Source: an uncultured delta proteobacterium | Lineage (GTDB): Bacteria > Desulfobacterota > Binatia > Binatales > Binataceae | Length of the DNA: 64,000 bases | Direction of reading: 5' to 3' | Assembly (NCBI GenBank): GCA_963724765.1 | Contig: CAVRVY010000003.1 | Span: forward strand, 1,472,001 to 1,536,000 | Shown here: positions 18,857 through 27,821 of the stretch, piece after piece | Layout of the letters: every line of letters starts with the position of its first letter | How positions within the stretch are numbered: position 1 is the first letter of the stretch | The notes under the pieces: generated by a model | The model's input: the letters and a program-made list of their open reading frames with translations, nothing else | What the model was told of the DNA's origin: nothing | Databases searched by the model: none | Translations under genes and position numbers: made by a program

Positions 18857-20881
18857 TTACTCCTGTGAGGGGCGCCGCATCGTCGTCGGCGCTGGATCAT
18901 TGCTCGCGGAAGCATCGAGCGCGGCCGCCGCCTCGGCCGGCGGCGCAGACGGGACGGCGATGGGCCGTTCGCGGACTTCAACCAGTCGGCCCTGGAGCTC
19001 TTCGAAAATGCGGCGCACGACGGGGTCCGCGTATAGCGCCTGGCGATCCGTGGTTAAGCTGCGCGCCGGCAGCGGTGGCAACGGAGAATCCGCCGCCACC
19101 GCTGCCGACGCGGGAGCTGGCCCGTCGCCCACGGCGGACGCATTGGCGGGTGCAGACACGGGCGGCGCTTCGGCGCCGCCCGTGTCTGCACCCGCCGCGC
19201 CGTTGACAGACACTTCGACCCGCAGCTTGCGTCCGTACAGCTCGCTCGCCAGCTCGCCAATCGAAGCCCGATTGTCGTTGAGATAGCGGATATAGATGTC
19301 GTTGCGCGGAATGACGCGGAGCAAATCACCGTCGAGCGCCAACGATGCGCCCTGCTCCATGAAACCGGCCAGCGCGGCGCGGCGCGCGCGGATATGCTCG
19401 CGCAGCTCGGGCAGGTCGAGCAAACCGGGTGAGCCGGAACCAGCGGGCGCCGTCGGGGCTGGTGCCGCTCCCGGCGGCGCAAGCCGCGATGGTGCGGACA
19501 TCGCTGACGCAGGCGTCGACGCCTTCGCAGCCGGGGCGGTCGAGGGCGAGGTCAAGGCCGGCGCGCCGGCCGCACGCAGCGGCGCGGCGGCCTTGACCTC
19601 GCCCTCGACGCGCAGGCGTCGGGTGCCCGCCGACGGAGCGGGTTCCGGGTCGGGGAGGCGCGCCGGAGCGCGCAACCCCGACCCGGAGCCGCCGGAGGCG
19701 GCGCTGGGCGGGGCGGGCGGTGTACCGCCCGCCCCGCCCAGCGCGCGCAGCAGCTCGTCGGCGTCCATCACCGGCGCCATCGTTGCCATCCGCACCACGA
19801 TCATCTCCAGCAGCAGATCGGGGTAGGGGGAGCGGATAATCTGCTCCTGCGCGTCGGCCATCAGCTTGAACAGGCGCATCAGATCGCGCGCGCTCGGACG
19901 TTCGGCGATACGCCGCAGTTCGGACGCTTCATGGTCGGGCAGGTCGGCGAGCGGATTGAGCTCATCGCCCGCCGGCAGCTTGGCGACCGCCAGGTTGCGC
20001 AGCGTTTCGAGCAGGTCGCGGCCGAGCGATTCCAGATTGGCGCCGCGGCGATGCTGTTCGCGGACGGCGCCGAGCGCCGCCGCCGCATCGTGATTGAGGA
20101 TCGCCTCGGCCAGCTTGAACACCGCGCCGCGTCCGGCGACGCCGAGCGAGGCCGCGACCTCGCTCTCGGTTATCTTGCGGCCGAGCGCGGCGATTGCGGT
20201 TTCGAGCATCCGTTCGGCGTCGCGCATGCTGCCACCGGCCTCGCGCGCGAGCAGGCGGAGCGCCGCTTCTTCGACTTCGATCTCCTCGCGCGCCGCCAGT
20301 TCCTTCAGACGTGCCAGCGTGGTGTCGAGCGGGATGCGCCGGAAGTCGTAGCGCTGCAGGCGTGACAGGATCGTCTCGGGCATCTTCTGCGGTTCGGTCG
20401 TCGCCAGGATGAACTTGACGTGGGCGGGCGGCTCCTCGAGCGTTTTCAGCAGCGCGTTAAAGGCCTGGTCGGTAAGCTGATGAGCTTCGTCGATGATGTA
20501 GATTTTGAAGCGGTCGCGCGCGGGACGGTAGCTCAGGTTTTCGATAATCGCGCGGGCGTCATCGATCTTGCGGTAGGTGGCGCCGTCGATTTCGACCACG
20601 TCGAGCGCGCGCCCCTCGCGAATTTCGATACAGGCGGCGCATTCGCCGCACGGTTCGGGAGTCGGTCCTTTTTCGCAGTTGAGGCAGCGGGCCAGGATGC
20701 GCGCGGCGGTGGTTTTACCGACGCCGCGGATGCCGGTGAAGAGAAAGGCGTGCGCGATACGGCCGCTTTGCAGGGCCTGGCCGAGCGTGCGAGTGACGTG
20801 CTCCTGGCCGACCAGCTCGGCGAAGCGCTCGGGGCGCCATTTGCGCGCCAGCACCAGGTGCGATGACGGATCGGAAGCCAT
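18857..20881 (-). CDS. dnaX: DNA polymerase III gamma/tau subunit
   Basis: LARKWRP, GIRGVGKTT, IIDEAH, NALLKTLEEPP; long Pro/Ala linker. Confidence 0.96.
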   Translation of the reverse strand: MASDPSSHLVLARKWRPERFAELVGQEHVTRTLGQALQSGRIAHAFLFTGIRGVGKTTAARILARCLNCEKGPTPEPCGECAACIEIREGRALDVVEIDGATYRKIDDARAIIENLSYRPARDRFKIYIIDEAHQLTDQAFNALLKTLEEPPAHVKFILATTEPQKMPETILSRLQRYDFRRIPLDTTLARLKELAAREEIEVEEAALRLLAREAGGSMRDAERMLETAIAALGRKITESEVAASLGVAGRGAVFKLAEAILNHDAAAALGAVREQHRRGANLESLGRDLLETLRNLAVAKLPAGDELNPLADLPDHEASELRRIAERPSARDLMRLFKLMADAQEQIIRSPYPDLLLEMIVVRMATMAPVMDADELLRALGGAGGTPPAPPSAASGGSGSGLRAPARLPDPEPAPSAGTRRLRVEGEVKAAAPLRAAGAPALTSPSTAPAAKASTPASAMSAPSRLAPPGAAPAPTAPAGSGSPGLLDLPELREHIRARRAALAGFMEQGASLALDGDLLRVIPRNDIYIRYLNDNRASIGELASELYGRKLRVEVSVNGAAGADTGGAEAPPVSAPANASAVGDGPAPASAAVAADSPLPPLPARSLTTDRQALYADPVVRRIFEELQGRLVEVRERPIAVPSAPPAEAAAALDASASNDPAPTTMRRPSQE

Positions 20882-20927
20882 CAGCGATAACCGGTCATAT
20901 AGCGATTACGCAGCGATTGCGGAAAAA

Positions 20928-21082
20928 GCGGCATGCTGCCCGTCGAGTGATAGCTAGGCTCCCCTGCGGCACAGGGTGGCGACCGGTGCCGTTGCTTCCT
21001 TCCGGACCTGGCGGGGTTCGCGATCTTCCCTTGCGCAGGACCCAGCTATCATCGGCGGGCAGCCCCCTTCGCGGCCAGCCGC
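20928..21082 (-). ncRNA. ffs: Signal recognition particle RNA (core about 20955-21048, extended basal helix)
   Basis: Minus strand carries GCCAGGTCCGGAAGGAAGCAAC (domain IV); paired flanks; U-run after the 3' end; upstream of dnaX. Confidence 0.92.
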
Positions 21083-21092
21083 TGAGTCTCTA

Positions 21093-21121
21093 ATTAAATT
21101 CCCATCGAGGCAAGCATGCAA
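21093..21121 (-). promoter_or_regulatory. Putative sigma70 promoter of ffs
   Basis: TTGCAT-N17-TTTAAT about 10 nt before the predicted RNA 5' end. Confidence 0.55.
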
Positions 21122-21146
21122 CCGCTCCGCTGAGGGGCCGTCCACA

Positions 21147-23180
21147 TCACGCGGCGACGGACTCAGTCGCCGCGCCGGCGCGATACGCCAGTGCGAGCTT
21201 CAGCCACACGCGTGCCGAGTCGGCCAGAATCACGATTACGACCGCGATAAAGATGACAGTCATCGCAGTGTCGGCGCGATCGTTCCATATCAGCCGCTCG
21301 AGTGTTGCAGCGCGTGCGGCGGTCGTTGCGGGGAGCGCCTGCTCGGCCGCGAGTTGCGCCGCGTGGGCAAGGAAGCCGACGTTGGGCGCCGCGCTGAAAA
21401 TCTTTTCCACCCCGGCCGTCATCGTGACCGCGACCAGCCAGCAAAGCGGAGTGAGCGTGACCCAGGCGTAGCGCCCCTTGCCCTGCCGGACCATCGCGGA
21501 GGTCGCGACGCACAGCGCGATCGTCGCCAGCATCTGGTTGGCGATCCCAAAGAGCGGCCACAACGAATTGATCCCGCCGAGCGGATCGATCGTGCCGAAA
21601 TACAGAAAATAGCCCCACGCCGCGACGATCAAAGCCGAGGTCACGACGATGTTGCGATACGACCCGGTGTCGCCCAGCGCCGGATGAAGCTGGCCGAGCA
21701 GGTCCTGGAACATGAACCGCGCGACCCGGGTGCCGGCGTCCAGCGTGCTCAGGATGAACAGCGCCTCGAACATGATCGCGAAGTGGTACCACAGCGCAAT
21801 CACCGCGCTGCCGCCGAGCGAGTGCGCGAAAATATGCGCCATCCCGACCGCCAGCGAGGGCGCGCCGCCGGTGCGCGCGTAAAGCGTCTGCTCGCCGATC
21901 GAAGCGGCCAGCGCGCGCATCTCCTGGTCGGTGACGGCGAAGCCCCACGCGGAAATCTTCTCGCAGGCCGCCACACCCGTGCCGACCACCCCGGCCGGGG
22001 CGTTGACCGCGAAATAGATGCCGGGCTTGATGATAATCGCCGCGATCATCGCCATCACGGCGACGAACGACTCCATCAGCATGCAGCCATAACCGACCAT
22101 CCGCGCGTCACCCTCGCGCTCGAGCATCTTGGGCGTGGTGCCCGACGCGATGAGCGAGTGGAAGCCCGAGATCGCGCCGCAGGCGACCGTGATGAAGGCA
22201 AACGGGAAGACCTTGCCGCCGAAGATCGGCCCGCTGCCGTCGGTAAATCGCGTCAGCGCCGGCATCAGGGTCGGCGGATGCATCGCGACGATCCCCACGG
22301 CCAGCGCGGCGATCGTGCCGACCTTGATGAAGGCCGAGAGATAGTCGCGCGGCGCGAGCAACAGCCAGATCGGCAGCACCGACGCCATGAAACCGTAACC
22401 GATGATCCAGGCGGCCAGATGCGGCGCGTCCATCGCGAAGTAATGGCCCCAGCTAAACGCCTCGACGTACCGCCCGCCGAGCACCGCCGCAAGGATTAGC
22501 GTGACGCCGAGCACCGACGCCTCGACGATCCGGCCCGGGCGCAGGTAAGTCATGTATATCCCGACCAGCATCGCGATTGGCACCGTCGCGGCGACGGTCG
22601 AAGTCGCCCACGTGCTCTGCTTCATCGCGTTGATCACGACCAGGCCGAGCACCGCGATCAGAATGACCATGATGAGCAGCACGCCGCCGAGCGCCACCAG
22701 CCCGCCGACCGGGCCGATCTCGTCGCGCGCCATCTTGCCCAGCGAGCGGCCGTCGCGCTTGAGCGAGTAGCCGAGGATCACGAAATCCTGCACGCATCCG
22801 CCCAGCACCGCGCCGATCACGATCCACAACGTCGAGGGCAGATAGCCGAATTGCGCGGCCAGCACCGGGCCGACCAGCGGGCCAGGGCCAGCGATGGCGG
22901 CGAAGTGATGGCCGAAGGTGATCCATCGCGGAGTTGGGACATAGTCGCGTCCGTTGTTGAGGCGGACGGCGGGCGTCGGATGCGAGTCGTCGAGTTCGAG
23001 CACGCGGCGCGCGATGAAGCCCGAATAAAAGCGGTAGCCGACGGCGTAGATACAGACCGCGGCGATCACGAACCATAGCGCGCTCGGACGATCCTCGCCG
23101 CGGGCGAGCGCGATGTAGGCGAGGCCGCCCGCGCCGAGCGCGGCCACCGCTATCCAGGACAGGATTCGTGCTGCCTTCAA
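21147..23180 (-). CDS. cstA: Carbon starvation protein A (peptide/pyruvate transporter)
   Basis: FGHHFAAIAGPGPLVGP, LLAPRDYLS, ACGAISGFH, LWPLFGIANQ. Confidence 0.95.
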   Translation of the reverse strand: MKAARILSWIAVAALGAGGLAYIALARGEDRPSALWFVIAAVCIYAVGYRFYSGFIARRVLELDDSHPTPAVRLNNGRDYVPTPRWITFGHHFAAIAGPGPLVGPVLAAQFGYLPSTLWIVIGAVLGGCVQDFVILGYSLKRDGRSLGKMARDEIGPVGGLVALGGVLLIMVILIAVLGLVVINAMKQSTWATSTVAATVPIAMLVGIYMTYLRPGRIVEASVLGVTLILAAVLGGRYVEAFSWGHYFAMDAPHLAAWIIGYGFMASVLPIWLLLAPRDYLSAFIKVGTIAALAVGIVAMHPPTLMPALTRFTDGSGPIFGGKVFPFAFITVACGAISGFHSLIASGTTPKMLEREGDARMVGYGCMLMESFVAVMAMIAAIIIKPGIYFAVNAPAGVVGTGVAACEKISAWGFAVTDQEMRALAASIGEQTLYARTGGAPSLAVGMAHIFAHSLGGSAVIALWYHFAIMFEALFILSTLDAGTRVARFMFQDLLGQLHPALGDTGSYRNIVVTSALIVAAWGYFLYFGTIDPLGGINSLWPLFGIANQMLATIALCVATSAMVRQGKGRYAWVTLTPLCWLVAVTMTAGVEKIFSAAPNVGFLAHAAQLAAEQALPATTAARAATLERLIWNDRADTAMTVIFIAVVIVILADSARVWLKLALAYRAGAATESVAA

Positions 23181-23397
23181 GACTCTCCCCTTGCCACCCT
23201 CGCTGCGACGCTACCGCATGTCCCACAAGGCGGCCTGCACGATGCCGGCGCCCGCTCGGAAGTCAGGCGTGCGCAACTATTGGCTGATGCTTTAGGAGAG
23301 ACGGGGCGCTCTTTGCAAGCGTGCAACGCCTGCCGGAGGTATCCGGCATGAAAAAGCTTGGCCAACGGGCCGGGGCTGCTAAGCGAGCGATGTCTGA

Positions 23398-23610
23398 TTA
23401 GAAGAGGTCGGTAAATTCGTCGACAGTAAGACCCGAATCACGAATCAGCCTCCTCAGCGTTCCCGGTGCCAGTTCTTTATGATTGGGGACCGTCAATACG
23501 GCTCGTTCGCCGGACTTTTGCAGACTGACGTGACTGCCACTTTGCCGGTCTTTTATCCATCCGGCCTTCTCAAACGCCTTGACATCGTTAGCGCCGGAAG
23601 AGACCGGCAA
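23398..23610 (-). CDS. hicA: HicA-family toxin (start uncertain, possibly damaged)
   Basis: RQSGSH, LTVPNHKELAPGTLRRLIR motifs. Confidence 0.8.
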   Translation of the reverse strand: MPVSSGANDVKAFEKAGWIKDRQSGSHVSLQKSGERAVLTVPNHKELAPGTLRRLIRDSGLTVDEFTDLF

Positions 23611-23614
23611 GCGG

Positions 23615-23827
23615 TCATGCGGCCCGAGCCGCGCTTACCTCAACTTCAACTGATTCGGGAATCGGGATGCCGTTGACGGCGCGAGTTTCTGGGCTGAGTT
23701 CGATTGCCTCACGAATGTTGGCAATGGCTTCTTCTCGCGTGCGCCCCTGAGAAACACATCCGGGAAGACTCGGGCATTCCGCGATCACCCAGCCATCTTC
23801 CTCTTCCAAGGTGACGACGTATCTCAT
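23615..23827 (-). CDS. hicB: Short HicB-family antitoxin (no DNA-binding domain)
   Basis: ECPSLPGCVSQGRTREEAIANIREAIEL. Confidence 0.88.
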   Translation of the reverse strand: MRYVVTLEEEDGWVIAECPSLPGCVSQGRTREEAIANIREAIELSPETRAVNGIPIPESVEVEVSAARAA

Positions 23828-23910
23828 CGCTTCAGAATAGCACAACCCGATCTTGCTCGTCAGTTCACGATGAACCCGAAGCGAGCGCCTGGCTCGCTAA
23901 ATCGATTCGG

Positions 23911-24126
23911 TCAGGACGGCTTGATCGGGTTGGCTTCGACCGGGGGCTTGGACTCGGCGGTCTTCTGCGCCTGCGGGCTCGGGACGTCAGGATCGTTCAT
24001 CGCCTTTTTGAAGTCCTTGATCGCCTTGCCGAGCGCGCCACCGACGTCGCCGAGCTTACTCGGGCCGAAAATGATCAGGATGATCACCAGCAGAACCAAC
24101 AAATGGGAAGGTGCGAAAATATCCAT
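23911..24126 (-). CDS. tatA: Twin-arginine translocase TatA/E
   Basis: TM helix, FGPSKL hinge, LGKAIKDFKK amphipathic helix. Confidence 0.92.
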   Translation of the reverse strand: MDIFAPSHLLVLLVIILIIFGPSKLGDVGGALGKAIKDFKKAMNDPDVPSPQAQKTAESKPPVEANPIKPS

Positions 24127-24272
24127 GGTCATCTCCGCACGGCGGGATCTCGAAACCGTGCGCTTAAAAGTCTATCGCGTGCCGATGCCGATTGCTACCA
24201 GCGGTCTGGGCATCGCGCAAGCCCCAAAACGCTTATGGCAACACGCTACGACACATGGCTATGACAAGACGA

Positions 24273-25775
24273 CTAGTGCCGGCCCACTGGCGCGCGGCGC
24301 GGAGCCGCCGAGTGCGCCGCTCCTTCGCCCACGCCCACGTTCTCCAGCCGGTAGCGCTGGACCTTGCGGTAGAGCGTCGAGAGGTGGATTCCCAGGGCCT
24401 CGGCGGCGCGGACCTTGTCGCCCTCGACGCGTGTCAGCACGCGCCGGATATGCTCGCGTTCGAGTTCCTCCAGCGTCATTCCCGAGCCTTCGCCCGAGCC
24501 GTCGCCCGAGGCCGGCGCCGTCACCGACTTGTCGGAGAGCTTGTCGGGCAGGTCGTGAGCGTGAAGGACGTCGGTCTCGGCCAGGATGGCGGCGCGCTCG
24601 ACGCTGTTTTCGAGCTCGCGCACATTGCCGGGCCACGCATAACCGACCATCACGCGCATCGCGCCCTTGGAAAAACGCATCGTGGAGCGCCCGAGCTGCT
24701 TTTCGTACTTGCGCAGGAAATAGTTCGCGAGAAGCGGGATGTCATCGCGGCGCTCGCGCAGCGCGGGCAGCGCGATGGTAATGACGTTGATGCGGTAGAG
24801 CAGTTCCTCGCGGAAGCGGCCCTCCTTGACCTCGCGCTCGAGGTTGCGGTTGGTCGCGCAAATCACCCGCACGTCGAAGCTCACCGGGTCGTTGGATCCG
24901 AGCGGGTAACATTCGCGCTCCTGGAACGCGCGCAGCAGCTTGACCTGCAGCGCGAGCGGCATCTCGCCGATCTCGTCGAACAGCATCGTGCCCTTGTCAG
25001 CCGCTTTGAGCAGGCCAAGCTTGTCCTGCGAGGCGCCGGTAAACGCGCCGCGCTTGTAGCCGAAGAGCTCGCTCTCGAGCAGGTTCTCGGGCAGCGCACC
25101 GCAGTTGATCGGCAGGAAACGCGCGTGCGCGCGCTCGGAAGTGAAATGGATCGCGCGCGCGACCAGCTCCTTGCCGGTGCCCGACTCGCCGGTGATTAGC
25201 ACGCTGGAGTCGGTGCGCGCGACCTTCTCCATGATGCGGAAGACCTGCTCGATGGCGTCGCTTTTGCCGATGATGTTCTCGAAGCGATATTTGTCGCGCA
25301 GCTCGCGGCGCAGGAAACGGTTTTCCTGGAACAGCGCCTTTTGCGCCAGCGCGTTGCGTACCACGGCCTTGAGGTGATCGTTGGCGAACGGCTTCGTGAT
25401 GTAGTCGTAGGCGCCCTCGTGCAGCGCGTGCACTGCCGACTCCACGCTCGGGTAGGCGGTCACGATGATGCCCATCACTTCGGAATCGAGCGCGCGCACG
25501 CGGCTTAGAAGGTCAAGGCCGCTCCCACCGCCGCCGAGATTGACGTCGATTATCGCGAGGTCGATTTTCTCGCGCTCGAAGATTCCCAGCGCGACCTCGG
25601 CCGCGTGCGCCTCGAAGACCGTGTAGCCCTCGCTACGCAGGAGCTGCGCGATTATCGAGCGCATCAGATCCTCGTCCTCGACCACCAGCACGTGGTACGG
25701 ACCGCGCTGCGGCGGGGGGGCCGTGCGCTCGTGGCCGGCGAGGGTCTCGGGTATTAGCGGCTCGGTTTCGTTCAT
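24273..25775 (-). CDS. NtrC-family sigma54 response regulator
   Basis: Receiver domain, [17 protein letters not shown]; ATGA overlap with the kinase stop. Confidence 0.93.
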   Translation of the reverse strand: MNETEPLIPETLAGHERTAPPPQRGPYHVLVVEDEDLMRSIIAQLLRSEGYTVFEAHAAEVALGIFEREKIDLAIIDVNLGGGGSGLDLLSRVRALDSEVMGIIVTAYPSVESAVHALHEGAYDYITKPFANDHLKAVVRNALAQKALFQENRFLRRELRDKYRFENIIGKSDAIEQVFRIMEKVARTDSSVLITGESGTGKELVARAIHFTSERAHARFLPINCGALPENLLESELFGYKRGAFTGASQDKLGLLKAADKGTMLFDEIGEMPLALQVKLLRAFQERECYPLGSNDPVSFDVRVICATNRNLEREVKEGRFREELLYRINVITIALPALRERRDDIPLLANYFLRKYEKQLGRSTMRFSKGAMRVMVGYAWPGNVRELENSVERAAILAETDVLHAHDLPDKLSDKSVTAPASGDGSGEGSGMTLEELEREHIRRVLTRVEGDKVRAAEALGIHLSTLYRKVQRYRLENVGVGEGAAHSAAPRRAPVGRH

Positions 25776-27580
25776 GATGCTGGCGCGCGGGCCGCGGCCG
25801 CCTCGCATTCGTAGGTGGGAAGACAGATCGTCACCGCGGTGCCCTTGCCGATTTCGCTATCGATGCGGATGGTGCCGAGGTTGGCCAGGATGATGCGCTG
25901 GCAGAGCGAAAGCCCCAGACCCACTCCCGCACCGGCCGGCTTGGTGGTGAAAAACGGATCGAAGACGCGGCTTAGATGCTCGGGAGGAATTCCGATCCCA
26001 TTGTCGACCACGCGCATCAGGACCTTCTTGACGTGGCCGCTGTTGTCGCGGCCGGCCTGGTTCTCGGTCACGATCCGGATGGTGCCGCCGCGATGCTGGC
26101 TCGCGTCGGCGGCGTTGAAGATCAAGTTGATCAGCACCTGCTGGATCTCGTTGCTGTCGGCGAATGCGAGCTTGAGGTCGCCGGCAAGCTGCGGCTCGAA
26201 GGTAATGCCCTGGAAGCGGCTATTGTAGGCCACCAGGCGCAGCGTCTCGCGCACCTGCTCGTTGAGGTCGAAACGGCCGCGCTGCGACGGCGAGGGTCGC
26301 GCGAAGTTGACCAGGTCCTTGAGCGTGGTCGAGATGCGCGTGATCTGCGCGAGGATCGTGTGTAGCGAGGTGCGCCGCGCGAGGTCGGTCTCCTCCGGCA
26401 GCAGCGACTGCACCAGCGAGGAGATTGAGCCGAGCGGGTTGTCGACCTCGTGCGCCACGCCGGTGGCGAAGGTGCCGGCCGCGGCCAATCGCTCGGTGCG
26501 CAGCAGCTCGTCGAGCATCTCGCGCCGCTGGGTCACGTCATGCAGGATCATGTGCACGAACTGCACCTTGCCGAACGAGATCAGCGCCGAGTTGACGTCG
26601 AAATAGCGTCCGGCCTCCGGCCAATCGCGGATCTGGTCGGAGCCGTCGCGCACCACCTTCTCCACGTGACGCAGGATGTGCGGCAGGTCCTCGGGCGGAC
26701 CAAGCTCGGTCAACTTGCGGCCCACCAGCGGCTTGTCCTCGTGGTCCGGAACGATCCGGTACATCGCCTCGGCGGCGGCGTTGGCGCCCTGCACGATCCA
26801 GGTGTAGGGCTCGATTTCGTACATCGGGTCGGGCGCGTGGTCGATGGTGGTGCGATACTTTTCCTCGGAGACGCGCAGCGCATGCTCGCGCGACTCGATA
26901 TAAAACTGCGAAACCATCAGGCGCCGCTCGTCGACCGCGGCCACCACCGCTTCGCGCACGCGCTCCATCCGCGGTCCTTTGAGCATGGCGCGTACCCGTT
27001 TGAGGATGAGTTGCTTGAGCGCGATGTGCAGGACGTTAAACTCCGACGGCCTCACCCGCGACAGCATCCCTTCTTGACAGTGCCGGCGCAGATAAACGTA
27101 GGTGTCGAGGTTGTCGCGGTCGCGCAGGTTCTCGGTGAAGCGGATGAGCGCGTTGGCGCAGTTCTCGTATATGTGCGGATACTTGCGCAGAGCACGTTCG
27201 TCCAACATCCCGCGAATTACGCCGGTCCATTCCTCGACGATCCGCTCGAAGTGGCGATCGATTATGTTGGCGGCAGCGCGGCGTGAGCGATGGCTTTCCG
27301 GTCCTCGGCGGTAGTCCGCTCCAAAGAGCGCCGAAAGCGCCTGCTCGATCGAATGGAGTTGGGCGCGGATCGAATCGAGATCCTCAGGCGTCGCCTGGAG
27401 CGCCTCGTCGGAGGGAGACCGGAGCCCCGTTGCGGCCGTCTGAGGCGGCCGCGCAGCCGCCTTGGCGGCCTGATGCGAAGGCGGCTTCTTATGAGCGACC
27501 GGGTTTTTATGCGGTACCGTCCCGTGCTTATGAGGGGGCGCCTCGCGCGGCGAGCGGCGGCTATTAGGATGCTGTTCCAC
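25772..27580 (-). CDS. Cytoplasmic sensor histidine kinase (RsbRD_N/globin-like helical domain, PAS, HisKA, HATPase)
   Basis: AHEVDNP H-box, NLIFNA, DNGIGI, FDPFFTTK, GLGL; no TM segment; helical IVEEW...RRHC region. Confidence 0.88.
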   Translation of the reverse strand: MEQHPNSRRSPREAPPHKHGTVPHKNPVAHKKPPSHQAAKAAARPPQTAATGLRSPSDEALQATPEDLDSIRAQLHSIEQALSALFGADYRRGPESHRSRRAAANIIDRHFERIVEEWTGVIRGMLDERALRKYPHIYENCANALIRFTENLRDRDNLDTYVYLRRHCQEGMLSRVRPSEFNVLHIALKQLILKRVRAMLKGPRMERVREAVVAAVDERRLMVSQFYIESREHALRVSEEKYRTTIDHAPDPMYEIEPYTWIVQGANAAAEAMYRIVPDHEDKPLVGRKLTELGPPEDLPHILRHVEKVVRDGSDQIRDWPEAGRYFDVNSALISFGKVQFVHMILHDVTQRREMLDELLRTERLAAAGTFATGVAHEVDNPLGSISSLVQSLLPEETDLARRTSLHTILAQITRISTTLKDLVNFARPSPSQRGRFDLNEQVRETLRLVAYNSRFQGITFEPQLAGDLKLAFADSNEIQQVLINLIFNAADASQHRGGTIRIVTENQAGRDNSGHVKKVLMRVVDNGIGIPPEHLSRVFDPFFTTKPAGAGVGLGLSLCQRIILANLGTIRIDSEIGKGTAVTICLPTYECEAAAARAPAS

Positions 27581-27774
27581 TCTGATGCCGTTACTGATCG
27601 ACTTATAACATCGCTAAAATCCGCCTTCTAGCAGCGCCGTGGGCGTTTTGCATAGCCGCGAAAACGCCAATCTGCGATCGGCCCGGTCGCAAAAGGGTTA
27701 GCCAACATCCCAATACGTTGACCTTTGACCTCCTCCCTCTCGTAAAAAACCAAGGCGATGCGAGGCTTTTTTGG

Positions 27775-27790
27775 TGGCACAGCTTTGGCT
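27775..27790 (+). promoter_or_regulatory. Putative sigma54 (-24/-12) promoter
   Basis: TGGCACAGCTTTGGCT with GG-N10-GC spacing; divergent from the NtrC system. Confidence 0.5.
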
Positions 27791-27821
27791 GTGTGGGGCC
27801 GTCGTGCTACCAGACCAATGC

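Noticed and set aside
18857-20881. Programmed frameshift site in dnaX
   Set aside because: No A AAA AAG or long A-run seen in the linker region
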